A stretch of 64,000 nt of DNA from Alphaproteobacteria bacterium (GTDB lineage Bacteria; Pseudomonadota; Alphaproteobacteria; Micavibrionales; Micavibrionaceae): assembly GCA_030424975.1 (NCBI GenBank), contig JAUHVY010000001.1:57093-121092 (forward strand), in the 5' to 3' direction. A program made the translations under genes and the position numbers. Shown piece by piece: positions 37,967-47,692 of this stretch (its first letter is position 1; each line of letters opens with the position of its first letter). The notes below the pieces were generated by a model. The model did no database searches. It was not told where the DNA came from and saw nothing but the letters and a program-made list of their open reading frames with translations.

Positions 37967-39781
37967 ATGCGAAGTAACAATCAATCATCATCCGGACATA
38001 CACAGTGGCATACGCTGGGCACTTTAGGGCCGTATTTATGGCCTAAGAATAGTAAACACATGCGTATGCGTGTTGTGCTGGCGATGGTTTGTTTGGTGCT
38101 GGCAAAGGTTACTAATGTTTACATGCCATTGATCTATAAACAGATCATCGATTTGATGACCGAAGGATCAAAAGCATTAGAGCAGGCCGATGCAGGTACG
38201 TTGGCCTTAACGATACCTGTGGGTTTATTGTTGGCGTATGGCGCCGCGCGGATTATGACCGTAGTGTTTGCGGAAATGCGCGAGGCATTATTTGTAAATG
38301 TCGCGCAGCGCGCAATGCGCACCGTTGCTCTTGAAACGTTCCAATACTTGCATGCGCTTTCTATGCGTTTTCATATGAATCGTCAAACAGGTGGCCTGAG
38401 CCGTGTGATTGAACGTGGGGTTAAGGGGATCGAGTTCCTGTTGACCTTTATGCTGTTCAATATTGTGCCGACACTGGTTGAGATCCTGATGGTTTGTGCG
38501 GTTTTATGGTATATGTTCAACATCTGGTTTGCTGTTGTGACATTCTTTACCATCGTATTATATGTCGTTTTTACATTGGTGACGACGGAATGGCGTTTGA
38601 AATATCGCCGTGCGATGAATGAAAAAGACACCGAAGCCAACACGCGTGCGATTGACAGTTTGCTGAACTATGAGACGGTGAAATATTTCGGTAATGAGGT
38701 TCATGAGGCTGATCGCTATGATAAATCTTTGGCCTCTTATGAACATGCCGCCGTTAAATCCGTTCTGAGTTTAACCGTCGTTAACGTCGGGCAGGCCGCC
38801 ATTATTGCCATTGGTCTTGTCATCGTAATGTATATGGCCGCAGACGGTGTTGTTAGTGGCAAGATGAGCGTTGGTGATTTCGTATTAGTTGTGATTTACC
38901 TCATACAGCTCTATATGCCGTTGAACTTCCTAGGGTTTGTCTATCGCCAAATTCGCCAATCTTTAACGGATATGGACGACATGTTTTCCATGCTCAAGAT
39001 TGATAAAGAGGTAGAAGATTCCGATGAAGCGCGTGATTTGGCTGTGCAAGGCGGCGAGGTTGAATTTGATAATGTGCATTTCGGATATGATGAAAAACGC
39101 GAAATTCTGCATGGTTTGAGTTTCAAGGTCGAAGCAGGGAAAACTGTTGCTATTGTCGGGCCGAGCGGCGCAGGGAAATCAACGATCAGCCGTTTGATCT
39201 TCCGCTTTTATGACGTGCAGCAAGGGGCGGTGCGTATTGACGGGCAGGATGTGCGTAACATTACGCAGAACTCGTTGCGCGCGGCGATTGGTATTGTGCC
39301 GCAAGATACCGTTTTGTTTAACGACACAATTCGTTACAACATTGCCTATGGGCGCCCGGAAGCGAGCGAAGAAGAGGTTATTCGCGCCGCGAAAATGGCG
39401 AGTATTGACGGGTTTATTGAAAAATTATCGGATGGGTATAAAACCGTGGTCGGTGAGCGCGGCTTGAAACTCTCGGGCGGAGAGAAACAGCGTGTTGCTA
39501 TTGCGCGTACGATCCTAAAAGATACACCGATCTTACTCTTTGATGAGGCAACGTCGGCACTGGATTCCGCAACAGAACAAGATATCCTGCAAAGTTTGAA
39601 AGATGTGTCGCGCGGGCGCACGACCCTTGTGATTGCACACCGTTTGTCCACGGTTGTGTCTGCCGATGAAATTTTGGTTCTTGACCAAGGAAAAGTAATT
39701 GAGCGCGGTCGTCACGGTGATTTGCTGGCCGAGGGCGGCGTTTATGCACAAATGTGGCAACGCCAGCAAGAGGAAAAGTAG
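37967..39781 (+). CDS. Atm1/ABCB7-type ABC exporter (fused permease-ATPase)
   Basis: N-terminal LGPYLWPKNSKHMRMRVVLAMVCLVLAKVTNVYMPLIYKQIID, six TM segments, Walker A GPSGAGKST, signature LSGGEKQR, and Walker B ILLFDEATSALD. Confidence 0.85.
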   Translation: MRSNNQSSSGHTQWHTLGTLGPYLWPKNSKHMRMRVVLAMVCLVLAKVTNVYMPLIYKQIIDLMTEGSKALEQADAGTLALTIPVGLLLAYGAARIMTVVFAEMREALFVNVAQRAMRTVALETFQYLHALSMRFHMNRQTGGLSRVIERGVKGIEFLLTFMLFNIVPTLVEILMVCAVLWYMFNIWFAVVTFFTIVLYVVFTLVTTEWRLKYRRAMNEKDTEANTRAIDSLLNYETVKYFGNEVHEADRYDKSLASYEHAAVKSVLSLTVVNVGQAAIIAIGLVIVMYMAADGVVSGKMSVGDFVLVVIYLIQLYMPLNFLGFVYRQIRQSLTDMDDMFSMLKIDKEVEDSDEARDLAVQGGEVEFDNVHFGYDEKREILHGLSFKVEAGKTVAIVGPSGAGKSTISRLIFRFYDVQQGAVRIDGQDVRNITQNSLRAAIGIVPQDTVLFNDTIRYNIAYGRPEASEEEVIRAAKMASIDGFIEKLSDGYKTVVGERGLKLSGGEKQRVAIARTILKDTPILLFDEATSALDSATEQDILQSLKDVSRGRTTLVIAHRLSTVVSADEILVLDQGKVIERGRHGDLLAEGGVYAQMWQRQQEEK

Positions 39782-39792
39782 CGCAGTATTTA

Positions 39793-40344
39793 TTATCTGG
39801 CGTTACTTTGTGCGATCAGGCCTTTGATATCTGCGCCTAGCCAATCAACAATACCTTCGATCTTTTTCAATATTTTACCATCCGGTGAAATCACATAGGT
39901 TTCAGGGTAAAATTTTGAACCGAATGTTTTCATCGAAACCGACAGATCGGTATCATGCGCGATAATGATATTATCAGCCTGTAGGCGTTTTTGGCTGTCT
40001 TGCGGTAGTTTTTTCAAAAAGCTTTCAATGCTCTTCGCGTCCTTGTCAACCGACAACGCAATCATGACGATATCCTCGCGTTCCGCCAATTCCAAGAGCT
40101 GCGGGATTTCAACAACGCATGGCGTGCACCATGTCGCCCATATATTCAGGAAGACGGTTTTGCCCTTGAAATCGGAGAGAGGGATAGATTCACCATTTAA
40201 TCCGAGGAGAGTTACATCGGGCGCGTCTTTATACTGTTCTGCAGCTACTTTTTGCGGCGTTCCTGCGGGTGGGGCAATGACATCCCACAGGGCAATGCCA
40301 ATCCCTAGGCCGATAAGAAGGAAGATGACAAGGGCTTTATACAT
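39793..40344 (-). CDS. TlpA/ResA-like membrane-anchored thiol:disulfide oxidoreductase
   Basis: TM anchor MYKALVIFLLIGLGIGIAL and the thioredoxin motif FLNIWATWCTPC. The start is trimmed to ATG 40344, overlapping the ccsBA stop by 8 nt. Confidence 0.8.
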   Translation of the reverse strand: MYKALVIFLLIGLGIGIALWDVIAPPAGTPQKVAAEQYKDAPDVTLLGLNGESIPLSDFKGKTVFLNIWATWCTPCVVEIPQLLELAEREDIVMIALSVDKDAKSIESFLKKLPQDSQKRLQADNIIIAHDTDLSVSMKTFGSKFYPETYVISPDGKILKKIEGIVDWLGADIKGLIAQSNAR

Positions 40345-43279
40345 GTGCTGTGCTCCTCTTTTTTTGCGCATTGAGCAAGAATCCCGCCCCTGCGATGAAG
40401 GCAGTTTCAAGGGCAATAAAGACGCCAAGGCTAATGGCCATTGAGTCTGTAAACCCATAGGAATGTAAACCGACGCTCAGGATGTTTACACCGAACCAAG
40501 ATAGGGCAAGGATGACCGACAGATAGGCCATACCATATGTAAACTTTCGTAAATTCATCTGTCCGCTAATGCGGCCATGCAGAACCCAAACCAGCCATAA
40601 AACAATGAGCAGTGCGCCGTTTTCTTTTGGGTCCCACCCCCAAAAACGCCCCCAGCTTTGATCCGCCCAGACCCCGCCAAGAACGGTGCCGATCGCAGCG
40701 AATAAAAGGGAGAGCAAGGCCGCGCTATGCATATTAGCGAACAAAGCCTGATCAGGACGTGGTTTTTTCTGCAAAACCATTTTGCAGATGATGATATGTG
40801 CGAGCAGGCTGGTAACTGCACAAAAGGCATAGCCCGCGGTGATACATAATACATGCGTTGTCAGCCAGAAATTTGTATTAAGAACCGCACTGAGCATAAC
40901 AAAACTATCACCGTCGCGATCATGCGAGAAGCCCAGGATATGAAGCGTAAGACCAAGGCCAATGCTAAGCCATAACCACATCGTGGCCTTGTTTTTACGA
41001 TAGGCAAGCGCGCCATACAGCATTGTAAGCGCACAGACAAAAATAACAGTTTCATAAAGCGTGCTGACGGGCGGGCGTTCCAGAATATATATGCGCGTTG
41101 ATATACCGATCAGTTGAATAATAATACTGCTCCAGATGAGCAAGATCACCGCGTGATATGCTTTTGGGTATTTAACGCCGGCACATAGCAAAAGAAGCGC
41201 AACCCCGCAGAGAAGGGCGCTGATGTAAAACGGATTATAAATATTATAGAGATATTCAACATGCATGGCCTCTCCGCGCACATCAGTATAGCCGGAAGAG
41301 AGCTCGCGCAGCGCTTTGCTGTTTTCGTTCCATGATTTTATATCTTCGGCATGATATGCCAAGGCCATGCCTTGCCATAGCGCCAGCGCTTGTTTTGCCT
41401 CGTCATCCTGTATGGCTTGCCACGGCGTATGCCATTTTTCGCTATCGGGGAAGACATTAAACAGGTTGTGCGCTTTGCCGTTCTCTTCCAAAGCACTTAG
41501 GGTGAAGGCGATTTGGGCAAGGTTTTGCTCTTCTGGGCTATAGGCTGTGAAGTCTGTACCATTTTCTTGGACAACCGCGCGCATCATGTTTTGTAATTCT
41601 ATGTGCCCGTCATTGGTATTATAATATGTGATCGGTGATTGATTGAATGTGTTCGGGGCATTTGATGGTGCGTCCATCGCCAGGGGCAAAAATAAGCTGA
41701 GGGAGCTTAGAAGGGCGCGCAGTTGTACCGTTTTTTGCTGTAGGATGATAAGCTCCCTGTGTTGCGGGCTCCAATCCTCTTCTTTGGCTTCTAAAATTTT
41801 CAAGATTAATGGCTGCTGAACATTCAGCGCGCGGCTCAGTTCGCCGTAGCTGTAGAGCTTGTTTTTACGCTTTTCAAGGTTTAGCACACGCAATAAATCG
41901 GGGTTTGCAACCTTTATAACCGGGCGGTTTTCTGATCTGGCGGGGTCGAGTAAGACTTCGATGAGCCATGGCGTCGCACCGCCTTCACGTCCGGAAAATG
42001 TTTTTAAATAGGCGCGAGCAAAACTGTCGATGGGTTTAATGCGCCCCTGATCGAGGATCGGGATTTGCGCAAAATCATCAATCGGTAATGCTTGTTTTGT
42101 TTTTTGTGGTGGGGGAGCGTCTTGCGCTAGTGCGGGAGGCGCGATAGTAACGGAAGCCAAAGCCAATATAATCATAGCCGCCATGCGATATCGCACAAAC
42201 ATATGTAATAACAGGCCAAAGCCCATCACAAAGCCGGCAATATACGGAAAAGCACGCCCGACATTCCAAACAACGGCCAGCACCGAAACTTCACCGCTAT
42301 TTGTAGCGAAGAAGGATGATTGGAAAAAGGTGTAGCCCTTGTAACGAAGCGGTGCATTCATTGAAATGACACTATCCCATTGCAGATCACCATCGATAAT
42401 GCGTACCTTTGAGGTATAGGATTTTGCCATATCCGTACCTTTGTAGCTTTGTTTTTCAAAATCAATCAGCTCAATTTTAAATGGCAGGGGTCTGATCTGT
42501 CGGCGCAGAATAAAGCTGTATTCTTTATCTTGAACGGAAACGCGCGGAATTTGCGGTACATCCTCAATCGCGACAAAAATTTCCTGATGATCGGGGTGGA
42601 TGATTTGAAATGTCATCCCTGCCATGTTTTCTTCGTTTTTCTGCCTTAAGGGGGCATCACTAAGCTGCATTTGCTTTGCCATACCTTGCATGTTTTCGCT
42701 TTTTTCTTCGCGCAGGGATATGGCGCAGTTGCGACATGTTTCAAGGATCTTAATTTTAAACGGCACATTTTGCGGTGCGATGATTTGTCCGATATGGATA
42801 TCGTTATGATTTTGCAGCGCGTAAATATTGCCTGCATCGTCAGTGATCACAAACTCGCGGATATGGTAATCGGATACCAGTCCCTTTGTTTCCCCTTCAG
42901 CGAGTGCGATATATCCTTCGCTGCTGAACATTGCGGTAAGCAACCCACCAACGAGGAGGGCTATCGCGCCGATATGCGTGATGATGATGCCTGCATTATG
43001 TTTTGTCCACGGGCTTTTGAATGCGACCTTGAAAATAAGGTTGAGCGCGATGAGCGCGACAAAAACAGGCATGCCGGGCAGCGGGACAGGGCCAAGCCAA
43101 TAGATCGGCGAGGCAAAAAACAGCTTCGTTGCTTCGTAAAGGCCGATATATTTTTGGGCAACCGTGCCGGCCACCAAATAGATCATAAGCGCAGGCATCA
43201 CGAAATGGAGTAATTTCGCGCTGCATAACCATTCATAAAGACGTGTTTTCATGTGCATCGTGAGGCGCATTTTATTCAT
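40337..43279 (-). CDS. ccsBA: fused System II cytochrome c synthase CcsBA (ResB/Ccs1 N-terminal half plus CcsA/ResC C-terminal half)
   Basis: 980 aa. The N-terminal half is ResB-like (VAGTVAQKYIGLYE..., IITHIGAIALLVGG..., large soluble loop). The C-terminal half carries the WWD motif WGRFWGWDPKENGALLIVLWLVWVLH and conserved His residues. Confidence 0.85.
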   Translation of the reverse strand: MNKMRLTMHMKTRLYEWLCSAKLLHFVMPALMIYLVAGTVAQKYIGLYEATKLFFASPIYWLGPVPLPGMPVFVALIALNLIFKVAFKSPWTKHNAGIIITHIGAIALLVGGLLTAMFSSEGYIALAEGETKGLVSDYHIREFVITDDAGNIYALQNHNDIHIGQIIAPQNVPFKIKILETCRNCAISLREEKSENMQGMAKQMQLSDAPLRQKNEENMAGMTFQIIHPDHQEIFVAIEDVPQIPRVSVQDKEYSFILRRQIRPLPFKIELIDFEKQSYKGTDMAKSYTSKVRIIDGDLQWDSVISMNAPLRYKGYTFFQSSFFATNSGEVSVLAVVWNVGRAFPYIAGFVMGFGLLLHMFVRYRMAAMIILALASVTIAPPALAQDAPPPQKTKQALPIDDFAQIPILDQGRIKPIDSFARAYLKTFSGREGGATPWLIEVLLDPARSENRPVIKVANPDLLRVLNLEKRKNKLYSYGELSRALNVQQPLILKILEAKEEDWSPQHRELIILQQKTVQLRALLSSLSLFLPLAMDAPSNAPNTFNQSPITYYNTNDGHIELQNMMRAVVQENGTDFTAYSPEEQNLAQIAFTLSALEENGKAHNLFNVFPDSEKWHTPWQAIQDDEAKQALALWQGMALAYHAEDIKSWNENSKALRELSSGYTDVRGEAMHVEYLYNIYNPFYISALLCGVALLLLCAGVKYPKAYHAVILLIWSSIIIQLIGISTRIYILERPPVSTLYETVIFVCALTMLYGALAYRKNKATMWLWLSIGLGLTLHILGFSHDRDGDSFVMLSAVLNTNFWLTTHVLCITAGYAFCAVTSLLAHIIICKMVLQKKPRPDQALFANMHSAALLSLLFAAIGTVLGGVWADQSWGRFWGWDPKENGALLIVLWLVWVLHGRISGQMNLRKFTYGMAYLSVILALSWFGVNILSVGLHSYGFTDSMAISLGVFIALETAFIAGAGFLLNAQKKRSTAHV

Positions 43280-43331
43280 TTTGCATCAAAGTTCTAGTCT
43301 AAAAGCATTCTTTTGTGATAGGTGATTGCTC

Positions 43332-43571
43332 ATGGAAGAAAAGTCACAGATTAATATTGAAATTACGCTGGCGCATCACGAGCAGCAAATCACCGATTTA
43401 AACGCGGTAATCACCGATCAATGGAAAGAAATTGATCGTTTGAAACGCGCGCTGGATAAAGTTATGGCGAAAATAGACCAGATGGAATATGAGGCATCAG
43501 GTGAAACGTCAGATGATGGGAAATTATCATCAATTGAAAAAGCGCGTCGTGATATTCCGCCGCATTATTAA
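43332..43571 (+). CDS. slyX: SlyX family protein
   Basis: 79-aa coiled-coil protein. IEITLAHHEQQITDLNAVITDQWKEIDRLKRAL matches the SlyX pattern. Confidence 0.7.
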   Translation: MEEKSQINIEITLAHHEQQITDLNAVITDQWKEIDRLKRALDKVMAKIDQMEYEASGETSDDGKLSSIEKARRDIPPHY

Positions 43572-43574
43572 AAT

Positions 43575-44558
43575 TCAGGCTGCGATTTTTATATGTTCGC
43601 CGAAAAATTCATTCAATTTCTCACGTACGATTTTCGGATCTTTAATTGTATTCAGCTCATTTCTGAATTGGGCGCTGCCTTCAAATCCTGCACAATACCA
43701 TGACAGATGTTTTCGGGCGAAGGGCACGCCTTTGCGCTCGCCGTAATAGTTCAGGATGTCATCATAATGCGACAGGATCAAATCGCGTTTTTCAGCGGTT
43801 GATGGCTCTTGCCCGATCGTACCGCTTTGTAAATATTCCATCACTTGTTTCAGTAGCCATGGCTTGCCCTGACATCCGCGCCCGATCATGACGCCGTCTG
43901 CGCCCGATTGCTTCATAGCATCAATGGCATCTTGCGGCGTTAAGATATCACCATTGACGATTAACGGAATGTCGATGGTTTCTCTGACCTTATATATGGC
44001 GCGCCAATCGGCATTGCCCGTGTATTTTTGTTCGCGCGTACGGCCATGGACTGTGACCATTTGTATACCTACATCTTGCGCCTTTTTTGCTAATGACGGC
44101 GCATTTTTATGATCCTGTGCCCAGCCGAGGCGCATTTTCACCGTCACCGGTACATTTACCGCGCGTACGGTTTCCGCCATGATTTCTGTCGCCAATTCTT
44201 CATCTTGCATGAGGGCGGAGCCTGCCATTTTCTTGACGACCTTTTTGACGGGGCACCCGAAATTGATATCAATAATTGCCGCGCCGCGATCGACATTCAT
44301 GCGGGCGGCCTCTGCCATTACATGCGGATCGCACCCCGCGAGCTGTACAGCCATCGGGAATTCTTCGCGGTAATCTTCGTTCATTTTTAAGGAATGGCTT
44401 GTTTGTTGAATCATCTCGCGGCTGGCGATCATTTCGGAAAAAACCAACCCTGCACCGTATGATTTGACAAGCTTGCGAAATGGCAGATCCGTGATGCCCG
44501 ACATGGGCGCCAAAAAGACGGGGTCTTTGATATCAATGTTGCCGATCGAAAAAGCCAC
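43575..44558 (-). CDS. dusB: tRNA-dihydrouridine synthase
   Basis: VFLAPMSGITDLPFR, IDINFGCPVKKV, VTVKMRLGW and VTVHGRT motifs. GTG start. 327 aa. Confidence 0.85.
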   Translation of the reverse strand: MAFSIGNIDIKDPVFLAPMSGITDLPFRKLVKSYGAGLVFSEMIASREMIQQTSHSLKMNEDYREEFPMAVQLAGCDPHVMAEAARMNVDRGAAIIDINFGCPVKKVVKKMAGSALMQDEELATEIMAETVRAVNVPVTVKMRLGWAQDHKNAPSLAKKAQDVGIQMVTVHGRTREQKYTGNADWRAIYKVRETIDIPLIVNGDILTPQDAIDAMKQSGADGVMIGRGCQGKPWLLKQVMEYLQSGTIGQEPSTAEKRDLILSHYDDILNYYGERKGVPFARKHLSWYCAGFEGSAQFRNELNTIKDPKIVREKLNEFFGEHIKIAA

Positions 44559-44629
44559 GCTTTGACTGCCTTGTTAACAAATTTATGTGCGGGCGTTTGT
44601 ATCACAAAGCATTATCATCACACAAATTT

Positions 44630-46042
44630 TTATATTTTTATTGTCCCAACCGGTATAGGTGCTATTGCCGTTTTTATCGCATGGGTGAGCGCTTTGACCT
44701 CATCGGGTGTATATTTTGCGTAAGCCTCTTCGGTTTTTCTGCCCAGCCCGTGTTCTGCGCTATAGCTTCCGCCGAATTCCAATACAACGGCGTCATTGAT
44801 AAAGTTGCGTACTGTCTTTTCATAGGACGGTACGCTTGCGCGCGTGTCGTCACGGTCGATCACAAGAGCGAAATGAGCGCCGCCATCTCCCAGATGACCA
44901 AAATCACATAGGGTCAGTTCGGGGTGGTGTGTTTTCAAGCGTTCAATCATAGCTTCGCGAAAACGGAAGAAATCGCCGCGTTTAAAGGAGATGTCAAAGG
45001 CAAAAAGCTTGCCTGATTTTTGGACACCTTCGGAAATGCTATGACGTAAGGCCCAAAGTCTTTCAGGCGCGCCGATCAATGCATTTTCAAGGGGGGCGTT
45101 ATCGCGTTCCCATAATTCTGCAAGGATATTCTCGAGTACATCGTTTAACGGTTGCTCTGCCTCTCTTTCAGGCCAGCTTCGTGAGAGTTCCAGTAATATG
45201 GCGTAATGCGGCACGTCGTCTTGTCCGAACGGGTTTGTGAGCGCAGGGTTATGGGATAGGGCGCGTTGCATTGCGTTATGGGACATGCCTTCGAATGCGC
45301 TGAGATAGTTATGGCATGATTTTTCAATCTCGATCAAAAGCGCCGCTGCCGCGTCCATGTCGCGCGGAATAAGCAGTGCCGTAGCACTTTGTGCGGGTAG
45401 GGGGGAGAGGCGCACCATCACTTCGGTTACAATACCGAACAGGCCGCCCGTACCGACGAATAATTGTTTGATATCAAGGCCTGTGTTGTTCTTATGCAAT
45501 GGTTTTAAATCATCAATTACTGTGCCGTCATGATCGGCCAGAACAGCTTTGACGCCCATAAGATTTTCACGAACGCCGCGATATTTCAAATAGCGCGAGC
45601 CGCCTGTATTGGTTGAGACCATGCCGCCAAGGCACGGATCGGACCCTAAATCGATAGGGAAAGAGAGGTGGTATTCTGCTAATGCGTCATTCAGTGCAGA
45701 CAATCGTACGCCCGCGCCAACATGCGCACATTTATTTATCGGATCGATATCGATAATTTTATTCATACGTTCCGTGCTGAGAACGATTTGCTCACCGCTC
45801 TCATCGGGGACGGAATTTGCGACCATTCCTGTGTTACCGCTTTGTGGGATAAGGTGCAGGTTGTGCGCCGCACAATATGCAATGATTTGTGACGTTTCTT
45901 GGCTTGAGGTTGGGCGTAATACGCAGGGCGTGCTGCCTATTTCTCCGCGCCAGCCGGAAACGTAACCGTCTATACCGTCTTCGGGGAGCAATACGCCTTT
46001 ATCATCCAGAATTGTTTTAAAATGTTTAATATGATCTTTCAT
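44630..46042 (-). CDS. FAD-linked oxidase (GlcD / D-2-hydroxyacid dehydrogenase family)
   Basis: FAD_binding_4 N-terminal half (PQSGNTGMVANSVP...). The C-terminal FAD-oxidase_C half ends in SAEHGLGRKT. Confidence 0.85.
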   Translation of the reverse strand: MKDHIKHFKTILDDKGVLLPEDGIDGYVSGWRGEIGSTPCVLRPTSSQETSQIIAYCAAHNLHLIPQSGNTGMVANSVPDESGEQIVLSTERMNKIIDIDPINKCAHVGAGVRLSALNDALAEYHLSFPIDLGSDPCLGGMVSTNTGGSRYLKYRGVRENLMGVKAVLADHDGTVIDDLKPLHKNNTGLDIKQLFVGTGGLFGIVTEVMVRLSPLPAQSATALLIPRDMDAAAALLIEIEKSCHNYLSAFEGMSHNAMQRALSHNPALTNPFGQDDVPHYAILLELSRSWPEREAEQPLNDVLENILAELWERDNAPLENALIGAPERLWALRHSISEGVQKSGKLFAFDISFKRGDFFRFREAMIERLKTHHPELTLCDFGHLGDGGAHFALVIDRDDTRASVPSYEKTVRNFINDAVVLEFGGSYSAEHGLGRKTEEAYAKYTPDEVKALTHAIKTAIAPIPVGTIKI

Positions 46043-46307
46043 GTCGATATATTACGTTTTGATCAGCATAAAATCTATGGCAGATATAGTCACATCCCTT
46101 CTTTTCATGCAGTTGAAGTCGTATTGTGTGTTTGGGGTGCTATCTTAAGTATAGTTGGTGTTTAAATTTCTTGTTTTTTAATAGAGTGCTAATATACTCA
46201 TGCTACTATAAGCTTAGTATTAGATTTAATAATGTTTTTTGTGTTTTTGAGGGGAATTCACCATTAGACATGTTGTAGAAACAGCAGAGGCATCTCTTTT
46301 TGTTAGC

Positions 46308-46535
46308 TTGAATGAGCTTAAAAAATATAATGTTATCATTCATGGTAAGCGGACAAGTGTAACATTGGAGCCGAAGGTTTGGTCTGTTCTGAATGAAGTT
46401 GCCGAGGATCAGGGGACAACTGTTCATCAATTATGTTCCTTTATCCATGATCGTAAAAGTGAGGACTCATCGTTGTCTTCAGCTATTCGCGTATTTTTAA
46501 TTTCTTATTTGCACATAAAAGTAATCAAAGGTTAA
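46308..46535 (+). CDS. ribbon-helix-helix domain protein (COG4321-like)
   Basis: HGKRTSVTLEPKVWSVLNEVAEDQGTTVHQLCSFI...SLSSAIRVFLISYL matches the alphaproteobacterial RHH family. TTG start. Ends 2 nt before the next gene. Confidence 0.65.
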   Translation: MNELKKYNVIIHGKRTSVTLEPKVWSVLNEVAEDQGTTVHQLCSFIHDRKSEDSSLSSAIRVFLISYLHIKVIKG

Positions 46536-46537
46536 TC

Positions 46538-46906
46538 ATGGCAAGGGTTTTGGTCGTAGATGATAGTGTTGATATGCTTGAAATGCTTGCGGAGGTTTTG
46601 CTTCGTGAGGGGCATCAGGTTGAAAAAGCATCAAACGGCGCTGAGGCCTTGAAGTTTTTTGATGACGGGCATGAATTTGATGTGGTTCTTTCTGATCTGA
46701 TAATGCCGGTTCTTGATGGTTTTGGCCTTATGAAAGAGTTATCGCGACGCGGCATTGTTGTGCCGGTTATTATTTTATCAGGTGGTGGTGTAACGATGGA
46801 CTCCGCAGAAGCGCTTAGGGTCGTGGAAAATATGGCCTTTAGTGTTCTAAAAAAGCCGATAAAATGCGAAATTCTGTTTGAGCAAATTAACCATGCTATG
46901 GCGTGA
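46538..46906 (+). CDS. single-domain CheY-like response regulator
   Basis: RVLVVDDSVDMLEML...FDVVLSDLIMPVLDGFGLMKEL...VLKKP. 122 aa with no output domain. Confidence 0.85.
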   Translation: MARVLVVDDSVDMLEMLAEVLLREGHQVEKASNGAEALKFFDDGHEFDVVLSDLIMPVLDGFGLMKELSRRGIVVPVIILSGGGVTMDSAEALRVVENMAFSVLKKPIKCEILFEQINHAMA

Positions 46907-46908
46907 TG

Positions 46909-47571
46909 TTACCCTCCCTTTAAAAGTTTCATTTTCTTTTTAAAAAATACGCGCGGGTGGATGTCGCCGGTGCGCTTTTCGTATTTCTCGTAATATTGTT
47001 GGTGATATTGTTCGGCCAGCCAAAATGTGTCGGCCTGACTTAGTTTGGTAACGATGGGGGAGGCGTAGAGTTTGCTGTTTTCAATTTCTACTAAAACGCG
47101 CTCGGCAATGTCTTTTTGCTCTTCATCAATAAAGAAAATCTCGGATCTGTATTGTGTGCCGATATCAACGCCTTGACGGTTTAATTGTGTCGGGTCGTGC
47201 GCCTTCGTTAGGAAAAAACGCACCAAATCTTCGTATGTGATTTTCGTAGGGTCATATGTAATTTCGACCGCTTCGGCGTGGCCGGTCTTACCTGTTGAGA
47301 CAGTTTCATAGGTTGGTTTTTCAGTTGTGCCGCCAATATAGCCAACGCGGGTATATAGCACACCGTCTTTTGCGCGAAATTCACTTTCCAGACACCAGAA
47401 ACAGCCGCCGGCCAAAACAGCCTTGGGGTAGGCGTCCTCAGGCGCCTGTTCCATGAGGTCTTGCCCCTTGGATTCCAGTGTTCCTACAACCGCCATGGAG
47501 GGATGTGTAAAGGTTAAAATGCCAAGGATTGCAATGAGCCCTAGTAATGCAAAAAATGTTGTATTTCTCAT
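46909..47571 (-). CDS. msrA: peptide-methionine (S)-S-oxide reductase with N-terminal signal peptide
   Basis: The GCFWCLESEF catalytic motif. It is preceded by MRNTTFFALLGLIAILGILTFTHPSMA. ATG 47571 follows AAGGGA. Confidence 0.88.
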   Translation of the reverse strand: MRNTTFFALLGLIAILGILTFTHPSMAVVGTLESKGQDLMEQAPEDAYPKAVLAGGCFWCLESEFRAKDGVLYTRVGYIGGTTEKPTYETVSTGKTGHAEAVEITYDPTKITYEDLVRFFLTKAHDPTQLNRQGVDIGTQYRSEIFFIDEEQKDIAERVLVEIENSKLYASPIVTKLSQADTFWLAEQYHQQYYEKYEKRTGDIHPRVFFKKKMKLLKGG

Positions 47572-47692
47572 ATTTATCCCTTTTGTGTTTTCCAATAAAA
47601 CGATGTAAAATGTGTCTGTGTAGTAACTTATTCGCTACATACTCCTAAAGAGTTTCAATTTTTGTTTTTAATTTTTAAAAGCGGAAGCACGC

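Noticed and set aside
46206-46430. A 74-aa minus-strand ORF overlapping the RHH gene start
   Set aside because: It overlaps a gene with a recognisable family signature on the other strand, and has no motif and no SD.
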